Shown here one piece after another: positions 29,750 through 38,700 of a DNA stretch of 64,000 nt. Position 1 is the stretch's first letter, and the number at the start of each line of letters is the position of its first letter. This DNA comes from an uncultured bacterium (GTDB lineage Bacteria; CAYMEV01): contig CAYSKJ010000001.1 of NCBI GenBank assembly GCA_964431655.1, positions 13,984 to 77,983 on the forward strand, given 5' to 3'. The notes beneath the pieces are model-generated. The model saw only the letters and a list, made by a program, of their open reading frames with translations. It was not told the origin of the DNA and searched no databases. The position numbers and the translations under genes were made by a program.

Positions 29750-30740
29750 GGTTCTTAATTTCCTTCAGGGTCAGGTAAGCCTTCTGACTGAAGCCGGGGG
29801 AATGGCAGTCAATGCATATTCCGGGCTTTTTCCCAAAAATATAGCGGTTTCTGAAGGATGTGTAAAACCTGCTGTTCCATATATCCCTTATGGAATTATG
29901 GATTACACTGCCCAGTTTATGCTCAAGTCTGAAGTCAAAACAGCATGGATATACACTGCCGTCACTGTTTATCAAAAAAAGTGAATAGAGTCTTCTGCAC
30001 AATTCATTGTTTGCAGACCTTCTGATCATCCATTTTGACTTTTTTCCGCTGTCAAAATGAAAGTCAACCCTGCGGAATGAAACACAGTCACATCCTGCAT
30101 CTTTTAACTGTTCATTTGATTGCTCCAGCAAAAGGACCGGCTGGTTATCCAAAATTATTACCGCATCTATAAAGGGGTGATTTTTCCCTGCTCTGGTATT
30201 TGCCAGTTTTATTATCATATCCCGGTACAGGGCAATATCATCCTCTTTATTTATGTAACAGCTTATTTTAAGGTAATCAAGCCCGCAATCAACAGTTTTG
30301 GCCATCTTTTCCCCATCAAGAAGAAAACCATTGGTTGTGATCATGGAAAAGATCCTGTATTTTCTGCACAGGCCTATCAGCCTGAAAATATTGTCAGCCA
30401 TAAAAGGCTCCCCGTAATTCCAGAGCATTACCATGAAAGTACTGTCTTTTATCTCTTCCAGTATCCTTTCAAACAGCTCCGGGTCAAAATCCTCAAGTTT
30501 ACGGTCCGACTGGTAAAGGGTCCTGGCGCACATGGAGCATTTCAGATTGCATTTATTGGTGGCTTCCAGCATAAGAAGTCCGGGAAGGGATTTAAGAACT
30601 GTCCTTCTGCGGGCAAAATCACTTTTCTGCCTCAGCAGATTCCAAAGCCTTTTATAATTCAGTACAGCCCTTGAAAGAGGGATAATCAGCTTTTTCAGTT
30701 CTCCCGGCTTATAAGGCTGATTTAATAAACTAATATGCAT
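29739..30740 (-). CDS. Radical SAM protein with C-terminal SPASM/twitch domain
   Basis: CNLKCSMC radical SAM motif; C-terminal Cys-rich region with GSVYPCCF and CIDCH typical of SPASM auxiliary-cluster domains; overlaps downstream FAD oxidoreductase start by 11 nt. Confidence 0.8.
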   Translation of the reverse strand: MHISLLNQPYKPGELKKLIIPLSRAVLNYKRLWNLLRQKSDFARRRTVLKSLPGLLMLEATNKCNLKCSMCARTLYQSDRKLEDFDPELFERILEEIKDSTFMVMLWNYGEPFMADNIFRLIGLCRKYRIFSMITTNGFLLDGEKMAKTVDCGLDYLKISCYINKEDDIALYRDMIIKLANTRAGKNHPFIDAVIILDNQPVLLLEQSNEQLKDAGCDCVSFRRVDFHFDSGKKSKWMIRRSANNELCRRLYSLFLINSDGSVYPCCFDFRLEHKLGSVIHNSIRDIWNSRFYTSFRNRYIFGKKPGICIDCHSPGFSQKAYLTLKEIKNHEE

Positions 30741-30791
30741 CCTATTATCTTTTTTTGTTAAATTTAATTAAAATCAGAGAATTATCAAGAT

Positions 30792-32141
30792 TTAAATATT
30801 CCTGTCCGGCCATTTCTGTTTTTTATAAGGTATATAAAGGACAAGCCCCTTTAGCATGGTTGTTATATGTATTGCTATCCATACACCGATTACCCTGTAG
30901 TCGAGCAGCACAGCCAGCAGATAGGCTATGGGGATTCTCAGGGCTGTTATGGGTGTATTAATAAGGAGTACAGGCAGTGTATTGCCGGAACCCTGGAAGG
31001 CTCCGGACAGGATTATCTCAAGGCTGTGGAAGAATAGAACCATGTACAGTATTCTGATATATACAGTGCAGTAGCTTATTACCAGCATATTATCCGTAAA
31101 GAGAGAAAATACCCAGGGGGCGAAAAGGAAAAGCAGTGTGCCAGTAGTATAAGCCCCTGCATTAGCAAGGATAACTGAATGCCTCACAGATTCCCTTGCT
31201 TTCCGGGGCTGGCCTGCACCGAGATTCTGCCCTACCATGGACATGGTCGCCTGGGAGAATCCGAAAAATATAAAGTAGGTCATGCTTTCAACCTTGTGCA
31301 CCAGGCCCATGGAAGCGATTGCTTCTGTTCCGAATCTCGAGAGTATGCTTGAAATAAAAATATATATGGATGAAAAGAGAAACCCGTTGATGGAGGGCGG
31401 AAAGCCTATCTTCAATATCTTTTTTATTATCTCAGAATAATAGCTTAAAGGCCGCCTTAAACCTGAGGCACGGTACCTGCTCAGAAAATTCAGATTCAAT
31501 ACCCGGTATGCCATCACGCATCCCGATATACGTGAAATTACTGTTGCCAGAGCAGCGCCCCGGATGCCCATTTCGGGGAAGAAAAACCACCCGAAGATCA
31601 GTATCGGGTCAAGGATTATATTTATTATCAGGCTTGTTATAAGTATCTTAAAAAATACAATATTATTGCCTATTGCATTGAATGTATTGCCGAGGACCTG
31701 ATAGAAGAACAGAAAAAAGGAGCTTATTATCATGATGCTTGTATAGGTAACCCCCTGCGAGCTGACAAGGGAGTCGGAGGTCATGAATCTGAATAACAGG
31801 GGTATTACCCAAAGCCCCGTTAATATGAAAAGTACGCTAAGTACAGCGCACAGTACCGCCGAGGTCCTGAATACATCAACAGAGCTTTCAAAGTTTTTCT
31901 CGCCTATTCTCCTGGCAATGATCGAGGTCTGGCCGGTGGCAATAATGCTCCCTATGCTCATTATACCCCATAGAATAAAGGATGAAACTGATATGGCAGC
32001 TATGCTGTGATGCCCTAACTTCCCTATCCAGAATATATCAATGAGCTCGAAGGCTGATTGAAACACCATCATCCCTATTGCCGGAAAGGCAAGGCGCAAA
32101 ATGTTCCTGTTCAATGAGCCTGTTGTCAGATCCCTGTACAT
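30792..32141 (-). CDS. MATE family multidrug/sodium efflux transporter
   Basis: 449 aa, 12 predicted TM helices, MATE N-terminus (NILRLAFPAIGMMVFQSAFELIDIFWIGKLG); 51 nt upstream of the rSAM-SPASM gene on the same strand. Confidence 0.9.
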   Translation of the reverse strand: MYRDLTTGSLNRNILRLAFPAIGMMVFQSAFELIDIFWIGKLGHHSIAAISVSSFILWGIMSIGSIIATGQTSIIARRIGEKNFESSVDVFRTSAVLCAVLSVLFILTGLWVIPLLFRFMTSDSLVSSQGVTYTSIMIISSFFLFFYQVLGNTFNAIGNNIVFFKILITSLIINIILDPILIFGWFFFPEMGIRGAALATVISRISGCVMAYRVLNLNFLSRYRASGLRRPLSYYSEIIKKILKIGFPPSINGFLFSSIYIFISSILSRFGTEAIASMGLVHKVESMTYFIFFGFSQATMSMVGQNLGAGQPRKARESVRHSVILANAGAYTTGTLLFLFAPWVFSLFTDNMLVISYCTVYIRILYMVLFFHSLEIILSGAFQGSGNTLPVLLINTPITALRIPIAYLLAVLLDYRVIGVWIAIHITTMLKGLVLYIPYKKQKWPDRNI

Positions 32142-32247
32142 GATGAATAATCTTATTAATGGAAAAAGCGGTTAATTGCAAATGAAAAATTTGCCGAAGT
32201 ATGAGCTGCATATTATGCCTCACAAAGCTGAATATCAAATTTAAATA

Positions 32248-32276
32248 TTGACATAAAAAAGATATACGGTTAACAT
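32248..32276 (+). promoter_or_regulatory. Candidate sigma-70 promoter for ileS (TTGACA-17-TAACAT)
   Basis: TTGACA at 32248-32253, 17-nt spacer, TAACAT at 32271-32276, about 38 nt upstream of the ileS ATG; identical copy at 56809-56837. Confidence 0.4.
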
Positions 32277-32313
32277 ACCCTGTCATTTTATCATTATTAG
32301 CTGGAGGCTCGAT

Positions 32314-35082
32314 ATGGACAGTCAAAAAATAAAGGAGACCCTTAATCTTCCAAGGACAGGATTTCCCATGAAGGCGAATCTGTCTGCCAACGAACCGAAA
32401 ATACTGGAATTCTGGGAGAAAGAGGGTATTTATCATGCGATAAGGGAAAATAAATCAGGCCTGCCAAAATTCATACTTCATGACGGCCCGCCTTATGCTA
32501 CAGGCCATATACATATCGGCACAGCCCTCAACAAGGTTTTAAAGGATTTTATTGTTAAATATAAAAATATTACAGGTTTTGACGCACCCTATGTTCCTGG
32601 CTGGGATTGCCACGGGCTGCCCATTGAGAATAAGGTTGAAAAAACCATGAAAGATAAAAAGGAATCCCTTTCAAAACTTGAGATTCGGAAAAGATGCTAT
32701 GATTATGCCGTATCCTATGTTGATATAATGCGTGAGGAATTCAAGAGGCTGGGAGTTCTGGGCCGGTGGGAAGAACCCTATCTGACCCTGAACCCTGTTT
32801 ATGAGGCGGTTATCCTCAGGGTTCTCGCATCAGCAGTCAGGCAGGGGTATGTCTACCGCCAGCTCAAACCCATACACTGGTGCATGGGGTGTACAACCGC
32901 CCTGGCAGAGGCGGAGCTTGAATATTCGGATGCAGAATCGGATTCCATATTCGTGAGGTTTGCTCTCAAGAGGGCAGGTATTGCAAGTCCCCTTAAGGAA
33001 TATGAAGGCAGAGAAAATGTCTTCTTTATGATCTGGACCACCACTCCCTGGACCATACCTGCAAATATGGCCCTGGCAGTCCATCCGGACCTGGATTACG
33101 GCATTTACAGCGTTGACGGTGAGTTGCTTATACTTGCCAGTGAGCTGAAGGATAGCCTTGAATCAAAACTGGGTATCGGCTCTTTTAAGCTGTTGAAACA
33201 GTTCAGGGGCAATATGCTGGAAGGGGATATCGCCCGGCATCCCCTTATAGACAGGGAGTCTGCAGTAGTTCTGGCAAACTATGTAACCCTTGAACAGGGT
33301 TCAGGTATTGTGCATACAGCACCGGGGCACGGCCAGGAAGATTATCAGACCGGACAGAAATACAATATAGAAACCTTCTGCCCGGTGGATGAAAAGGGGA
33401 GATTCACCAGCGGATTCGCACCCTTTGAGGGGGTCAATGTCTTTGAATCAAACCCCGGTATAGTACAGATGCTCAAAGACAGGGGCATGTTATTGAAAAG
33501 CGAGAGCTTTTCCCATTCCTATCCCCATTGCTGGAGATGCAAAAAACCTGTTATATTCAGGGCGACAGAGCAGTGGTTTATAAATATTGACCACAACGGC
33601 CTGAGAAAAAAAGCCCTGGACAGTATCCGGAGCGTTGACTGGATACCAGGCTGGGGTATGAACAGGATATATGCCATGATAGAGAACAGACCCGACTGGT
33701 GCATTTCAAGGCAGAGAAACTGGGGAGTTCCCATCGTTGCAGTAAAGTGCAGTGACTGCGGAGAGATAAGCATCGATGCTGACCTTATAGACAGGGTAGC
33801 GGATATTGTTGAAAAAGAAGGTATAGGTATCTATTTTGAAAAGAATATAAGGGAAATAATCCCCGGTTTGAAATGCCCGCGGTGCGAATCGCATAATATA
33901 ATACAGGAAGAGGACATACTGGATGTATGGTTTGAATCCGGGGTATCCCATAAGGCTGTTCTGACAACCAATGAGGAGCTGTCCTGGCCTTCGGACCTGT
34001 ATCTTGAAGGTAGCGACCAGCACAGGGGATGGTTCAATTCTTCCCTAATACTTTCACTGATATCGGAAAAGACCCCCCCTTACAGGCAGGTACTGACCCA
34101 TGGTTTTGTCGTTGATGAGCAGGGGAAAAAGATGTCCAAGTCTCTGGGTAATTTTATCAGCCATGAGGATATAATCGGAAAGTACGGCGGAGACATACTT
34201 AGGATGTGGGTTGCATCCGAGGATTACAGGGAGGATATAAGGGTATCCAGAAACATCATTGACAATCTTTCGGAAAGCTACAGGAAGATAAGAAACACCT
34301 TCCGCTTTGCACTTTCAAATCTCTATGATTTCAACCCTGATAAGGACATGGTAAGGCTTGAGAATATGACCGGCCTGGATAAATTCTATTTTGAAAAGTA
34401 TCTAGCTATTGCAGAAAGGATAAAATCTGCCTACGAGAAGTACAATTTCCATATTGTTGTCCAGAACCTTGTCAACTTTGCCAGCATTGACCTGTCAAGC
34501 CAGTACCATGACATTATCAAGGACAGGCTCTATGTAAACAGGGCTGACAGCAGGGAGAGGAGGAGCACCCAGAGCTGCATATACAGGATAATAAAGGGGC
34601 TTCTGACCCTTTCTTCCCCGATTCTGTCCTTTACAGCCGACGAAGCATGGCAGTATCTTCCTAAATCATCCAAAGATCCTGTCAGCGTTCATCTCTCCAC
34701 TCTCGGGGAATATGGTTTTCATTTTGAAAAAACAGGTATTTTTGAGGACATTTTGAGCATAAGGTCTGCAGTATCCAAAAAGCTGGAAATCCTGAGGAAA
34801 GAGAATGTAATCGGCTTGTCCCTGGATTCTCATGTGAGCATCAAAATACCTGCAAGGCTCTTTGAACAGCTCAATTGCATGAAAGATGAGCTGAAAGAGA
34901 TATTGATGATATCGGAAATAGAGCTTGTTAAATCAGAGGAAAAAGAAAAGGATACTGTTGAGGAATCAATAGAAATATCTGCAAAAAAGCATGACGGGGA
35001 GAAATGCCCCCGATGCTGGCGGTATTTTTACAAAAGCCAGGAACTGTGTCCGAGATGTTCCTCCATAATAAAAGATATTTAG
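32314..35082 (+). CDS. ileS: Isoleucyl-tRNA synthetase
   Basis: PYATGHIHIGT (HIGH), KMSKS, GWDCHGLPIE editing-domain junction and C-terminal CPRCW...CPRC zinc finger; strongly matches bacterial IleRS; followed by lspA as in the classical ileS-lspA linkage. Confidence 0.95.
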   Translation: MDSQKIKETLNLPRTGFPMKANLSANEPKILEFWEKEGIYHAIRENKSGLPKFILHDGPPYATGHIHIGTALNKVLKDFIVKYKNITGFDAPYVPGWDCHGLPIENKVEKTMKDKKESLSKLEIRKRCYDYAVSYVDIMREEFKRLGVLGRWEEPYLTLNPVYEAVILRVLASAVRQGYVYRQLKPIHWCMGCTTALAEAELEYSDAESDSIFVRFALKRAGIASPLKEYEGRENVFFMIWTTTPWTIPANMALAVHPDLDYGIYSVDGELLILASELKDSLESKLGIGSFKLLKQFRGNMLEGDIARHPLIDRESAVVLANYVTLEQGSGIVHTAPGHGQEDYQTGQKYNIETFCPVDEKGRFTSGFAPFEGVNVFESNPGIVQMLKDRGMLLKSESFSHSYPHCWRCKKPVIFRATEQWFINIDHNGLRKKALDSIRSVDWIPGWGMNRIYAMIENRPDWCISRQRNWGVPIVAVKCSDCGEISIDADLIDRVADIVEKEGIGIYFEKNIREIIPGLKCPRCESHNIIQEEDILDVWFESGVSHKAVLTTNEELSWPSDLYLEGSDQHRGWFNSSLILSLISEKTPPYRQVLTHGFVVDEQGKKMSKSLGNFISHEDIIGKYGGDILRMWVASEDYREDIRVSRNIIDNLSESYRKIRNTFRFALSNLYDFNPDKDMVRLENMTGLDKFYFEKYLAIAERIKSAYEKYNFHIVVQNLVNFASIDLSSQYHDIIKDRLYVNRADSRERRSTQSCIYRIIKGLLTLSSPILSFTADEAWQYLPKSSKDPVSVHLSTLGEYGFHFEKTGIFEDILSIRSAVSKKLEILRKENVIGLSLDSHVSIKIPARLFEQLNCMKDELKEILMISEIELVKSEEKEKDTVEESIEISAKKHDGEKCPRCWRYFYKSQELCPRCSSIIKDI

Positions 35083-35083
35083 C

Positions 35084-35614
35084 ATGATGTTTAAGAAAAA
35101 CCCTGCAGGGGCATTTGTGTTATTCCTGCTGTCAGTTGCTGTTATTGACCAGCTGAGCAAGTTTTATATTCTCAGGCTAAATGCTCTGGACCCTGGGGCT
35201 CTGCTTTCGGGTATCCCTATAATAATCGGTTTCCTCGAGATAACCCTGACCTATAATCAGGGCATCATTTTTGGTTTTCTTGGGAATGCCAATAATCTGG
35301 TGATACTAACACTTAATATATTCATACTTGCAGGGGTATTTATCTTTGTTGCCATGGATATAAAAAGGGGCAGGACGGGGCTTTTATATCTCGGGGGCTT
35401 CGGTCTGATTCTGGGAGGAGCCCTGGGGAATATCCTTGACAGGATAATTGTAGGAAAGGTCATAGATTTCATTAAGGTATATATAACATCTGATTTTATA
35501 TGGCCAATATTCAATATTGCCGATTCAGCAATAACCGTCGGAATAATCCTGGTATTTGCTGATATGATTTTTTTTGACAGGGAGAGTAAGATAAATGCAC
35601 CCGATACTGCTTGA
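35084..35614 (+). CDS. lspA: Lipoprotein signal peptidase (signal peptidase II)
   Basis: Conserved NQGIIFGFL and FNIADSAITVG motifs with catalytic Asp residues; 4 TM helices; 176 aa. Confidence 0.9.
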   Translation: MMFKKNPAGAFVLFLLSVAVIDQLSKFYILRLNALDPGALLSGIPIIIGFLEITLTYNQGIIFGFLGNANNLVILTLNIFILAGVFIFVAMDIKRGRTGLLYLGGFGLILGGALGNILDRIIVGKVIDFIKVYITSDFIWPIFNIADSAITVGIILVFADMIFFDRESKINAPDTA

Positions 35615-36371
35615 TCTTGGATTTATAAGGCTCCATACCTATGGTTTCTGTATTTCACTGGGTGTAGTGGCTGCTTTATTGCTGGCCATAAAGCTGGGCA
35701 GGTCCTTTGATATAAGCAGGGATTTCATACTGGATCTTACGATAAAACTGCTTATATCGGGGATCATTGGCTCGAAAATCCTCTATATCATGGTATATTA
35801 CCAGGAATTTATCCAGGAACCTGTCAGGATAATCAGGGATTTCAGGTCTGGATTTGTTTTTTTCGGGGGACTTATCCTTGCATTTATAATGGGCTATCTG
35901 CATGTCAGAAAGAGTAAATACAGGATGGGCAATCTTTTTGATGTTTTCGCCCCTGCATTGGCCCTTGCCCATTCCTTTGGAAGGCTCGGGTGCACCATGG
36001 CTGGATGCTGTTATGGAAAGGCGGTGCCCCATGATGCCTTTTATACCCTGCGTTTCTGCCATCCTGAAACCATTGCCTGTCCTGTATGCAGGCCTCTTAT
36101 TGCGACACAGCCCATAAGTTCGATATTTCTCTTTCTGCTGTCGATGCTTATGCTATCTCTTTTTTTTAAATGGAAAAAGCGTTATCCTGGAAGCCTATTA
36201 TTTATCTATGCATCAACTTATTCCCTTTTCAGGTTTATTATTGAGTTTTTCCGCGGTGATGACCGCGGGTTCCTTTTCGGGCTTTCAACATCCCAGGTCA
36301 TCAGCATGGCTGTATTTCCGGCAGCCATTTACCTTCTTTTCAAATATAATATACGCAGAAAGAAACCATGA
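35595..36371 (+). CDS. lgt: Prolipoprotein diacylglyceryl transferase
   Basis: Lgt N-terminus (PILLDLGFIRLHTYGFCISLGVVAA); Lgt signature region GRLGCTMAGCCYGK; overlaps lspA by 20 nt. Confidence 0.9.
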   Translation: MHPILLDLGFIRLHTYGFCISLGVVAALLLAIKLGRSFDISRDFILDLTIKLLISGIIGSKILYIMVYYQEFIQEPVRIIRDFRSGFVFFGGLILAFIMGYLHVRKSKYRMGNLFDVFAPALALAHSFGRLGCTMAGCCYGKAVPHDAFYTLRFCHPETIACPVCRPLIATQPISSIFLFLLSMLMLSLFFKWKKRYPGSLLFIYASTYSLFRFIIEFFRGDDRGFLFGLSTSQVISMAVFPAAIYLLFKYNIRRKKP

Positions 36372-37357
36372 GTGCGGATATCCCGACAAAAGGGTCTGTT
36401 ATGTGCCGAAAACCCGGCAGTGAATTATCAGGTCTCAGGCTTGATATTGCTCTTTCAGAAATGGATCCGGGTATTTCAAGGAATTTTGCACAATATCTTA
36501 TAATATCCGGATATGTTTTTGTCAATGGCAGGCAGGAAATTCGCAAATCCCAGAGACTGAATGCTGAAGATATCGTAGAGGTCTTGGAATATGAAAAAAA
36601 ATCTGATGCCGTTCCCCTGCCAAAAAAAGCAGAGCTGAATATACTGTATCAGGATGAATTCCTTCTGGTCATTGACAAGCCTTCAGGTCTAACAGTCCAT
36701 CCAGGATCCGGCAATACCCAGGACACCCTTGTTAATGCCCTGCTCTATTACCGGGAAATGTTCAGCATACGCCTTTCAGATATGCAGGGCATATCCCGGT
36801 GCGGTATAGTGCACAGGCTTGACAAGGATACATCCGGTGCCATGCTTATTGCCAAGGAAAATGAGGCGCACCTTAAGCTTCAAGGACTGTTCAAGGAGCG
36901 CAGGGTCAAGAAGGAATACCTTGCGGTGGTATGGGGCGAGATAATGCCGAACGAACTTATAATTGACAGCCCTATTGGAAGGCACCCCAAAAACAGGCTT
37001 AAATTTTCATCAAAATCATCCTTTCCGAAGGATGCATTTACAAAAGTGAGGGTATTCAGCCGTTTCAACGGATTCAGCCTCATTAAGGCCTATCCCCTTA
37101 CCGGCCGGACCCACCAGATCCGTGTTCACATGAAAGAGGCCGGGTTTCCCATTGTCGGAGATAAAGTATATTCTGCCAAAAGGACACAGAGTATGGAGAA
37201 ATATTTTGCCAGAAACAGTACGGTTTTAAGACTGATGCTTCACAGTCAAAGGATTTTATTTCCCCATCCCTTTAAAAGTGATATATTAATTATCAGTTCA
37301 CCGGTTCCAGCTGATTACAGGGAGTGTTTAAGGGTTTTAAGGCATTATAATGGTTAG
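36368..37357 (+). CDS. RluA-family 23S rRNA pseudouridine synthase (RluD-like, N-terminal S4 domain)
   Basis: Catalytic motif GIVHRLDKDTSGAMLIAK; S4-like N-terminus; 4-nt overlap with lgt stop. Confidence 0.85.
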   Translation: MSADIPTKGSVMCRKPGSELSGLRLDIALSEMDPGISRNFAQYLIISGYVFVNGRQEIRKSQRLNAEDIVEVLEYEKKSDAVPLPKKAELNILYQDEFLLVIDKPSGLTVHPGSGNTQDTLVNALLYYREMFSIRLSDMQGISRCGIVHRLDKDTSGAMLIAKENEAHLKLQGLFKERRVKKEYLAVVWGEIMPNELIIDSPIGRHPKNRLKFSSKSSFPKDAFTKVRVFSRFNGFSLIKAYPLTGRTHQIRVHMKEAGFPIVGDKVYSAKRTQSMEKYFARNSTVLRLMLHSQRILFPHPFKSDILIISSPVPADYRECLRVLRHYNG

Positions 37358-38603
37358 AGTCCTAATAGTCGATGATTCAGAAATTATCCGGAAACAGCTC
37401 AGGGCATTTCTGGAGACGAAGAAGCGCTATGAGGTTCAGGAGGCTTCAGACGGCCTGGAAGCAATACAAAAGCTGAAGGCTGACCCTGATTTTGACATCA
37501 TTGCCCTTGATGTCGAGATGCCGCGTCTTAACGGGCTGGAAACCCTCAGGGGAATATCTTCCATGGATCTGGATGCTGTGTGTATCATGATAACATCAAG
37601 GAGTGACTTTAATACCGTAATACAGGCCGTACGTCAAGGAGCCTATGATTATGTTACAAAACCCATTGATTTTGAAAACCTCCTTCTTGTAATTGATCGC
37701 GCCCTGGAGAAAAGGGCTCTGGAAAAGGAGAACAAGAGGCTGATTGATGATCTGCAGAAGATGAACAGCAATCTTACCCAGCTGGTAAGGCAGAGAACAA
37801 AACATCTTGCAGAAGCGGAACAGAAGGCCAGAACCTATGCCAACCAGCTTGAAAAGGCCTATGAAGAGCTTAAAAGCCTTGATAAAATGAAGGGCGATTT
37901 TATTTCCCTTGCCTCCCACGAGCTCCGGACGCCTCTTGTTCTTATCAAGGGCTACAGCGAGATACTTCTAAGGAAAAGATACGGGCATATGTCGGAGCAG
38001 GTAGAGAATGCCCTGAAGATACAGAGCGAGAATATAGAAAAACTCAGTGAGATAATAAATGAAATATTAATGATAAATAACCTTGAGATTCTCGAGAATA
38101 TCTACAAAGAAGAAAATATTGACATTAATCCGGTCCTTGTGGAGGCCTATGAGTCATTAAAGGAATTTATAAATCTCCGCAATCAGGTCTTCAAGTCCGA
38201 GATCAGTGAAATCCCCCTTATTGTAAAAGGCAATAATAAACTGCTTTTTTATGCTGTCCATAACCTTCTTATCAATGCCATCAAATTTACCCCCGATGGC
38301 GGTGTAATAGTATTAAGAAGCGCAATGAAGAATTCAGAAAGCCCTTCCAAAGCCCTGATATCTGTCTCTGATACAGGCATAGGCATCCCCCAGGAATCTC
38401 TGGAAAAAATATTTACCCCTTTTTACGAAGTAAAGGATATTAAGTACCACAGCTCAGGAAAATTTCAGTTCCTTTCCGGAGGGCTCGGAGTAGGACTGTC
38501 TATAGCAAAAAACATTGTAAACCAGCATTCAGGCAGGATTGCTGTAGAAAGCTCCCTGGGAAAGGGAAGTACCTTCTATATCACCCTTCCCCTCGTGAAA
38601 TAA
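37350..38603 (+). CDS. Hybrid response regulator / histidine kinase (REC-HisKA-HATPase_c)
   Basis: REC domain MVRVLIVDDSEIIRKQL...IALDVEMPRLNG; H-box SHELRTPL; G-boxes DTGIGIP and GGLGVGLSI. Confidence 0.85.
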   Translation: MVRVLIVDDSEIIRKQLRAFLETKKRYEVQEASDGLEAIQKLKADPDFDIIALDVEMPRLNGLETLRGISSMDLDAVCIMITSRSDFNTVIQAVRQGAYDYVTKPIDFENLLLVIDRALEKRALEKENKRLIDDLQKMNSNLTQLVRQRTKHLAEAEQKARTYANQLEKAYEELKSLDKMKGDFISLASHELRTPLVLIKGYSEILLRKRYGHMSEQVENALKIQSENIEKLSEIINEILMINNLEILENIYKEENIDINPVLVEAYESLKEFINLRNQVFKSEISEIPLIVKGNNKLLFYAVHNLLINAIKFTPDGGVIVLRSAMKNSESPSKALISVSDTGIGIPQESLEKIFTPFYEVKDIKYHSSGKFQFLSGGLGVGLSIAKNIVNQHSGRIAVESSLGKGSTFYITLPLVK

Positions 38604-38700
38604 CCCCTTTTCCCGCAGGGAACACCTCTGATAAATATTGACAACAGGTCCAATCAAAATAGGATTAGACTGTAGCTTCAATATAAAAGGGTGTCATCCT

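Noticed and set aside
30755-30961. 68-aa ORF near the radical SAM-SPASM gene considered as a possible RiPP precursor peptide
   Set aside because: It overlaps the 3-prime end of the MATE gene on the opposite strand, has no leader/core character (not Cys/Gly/Ser-rich), and has no RBS; most likely spurious.
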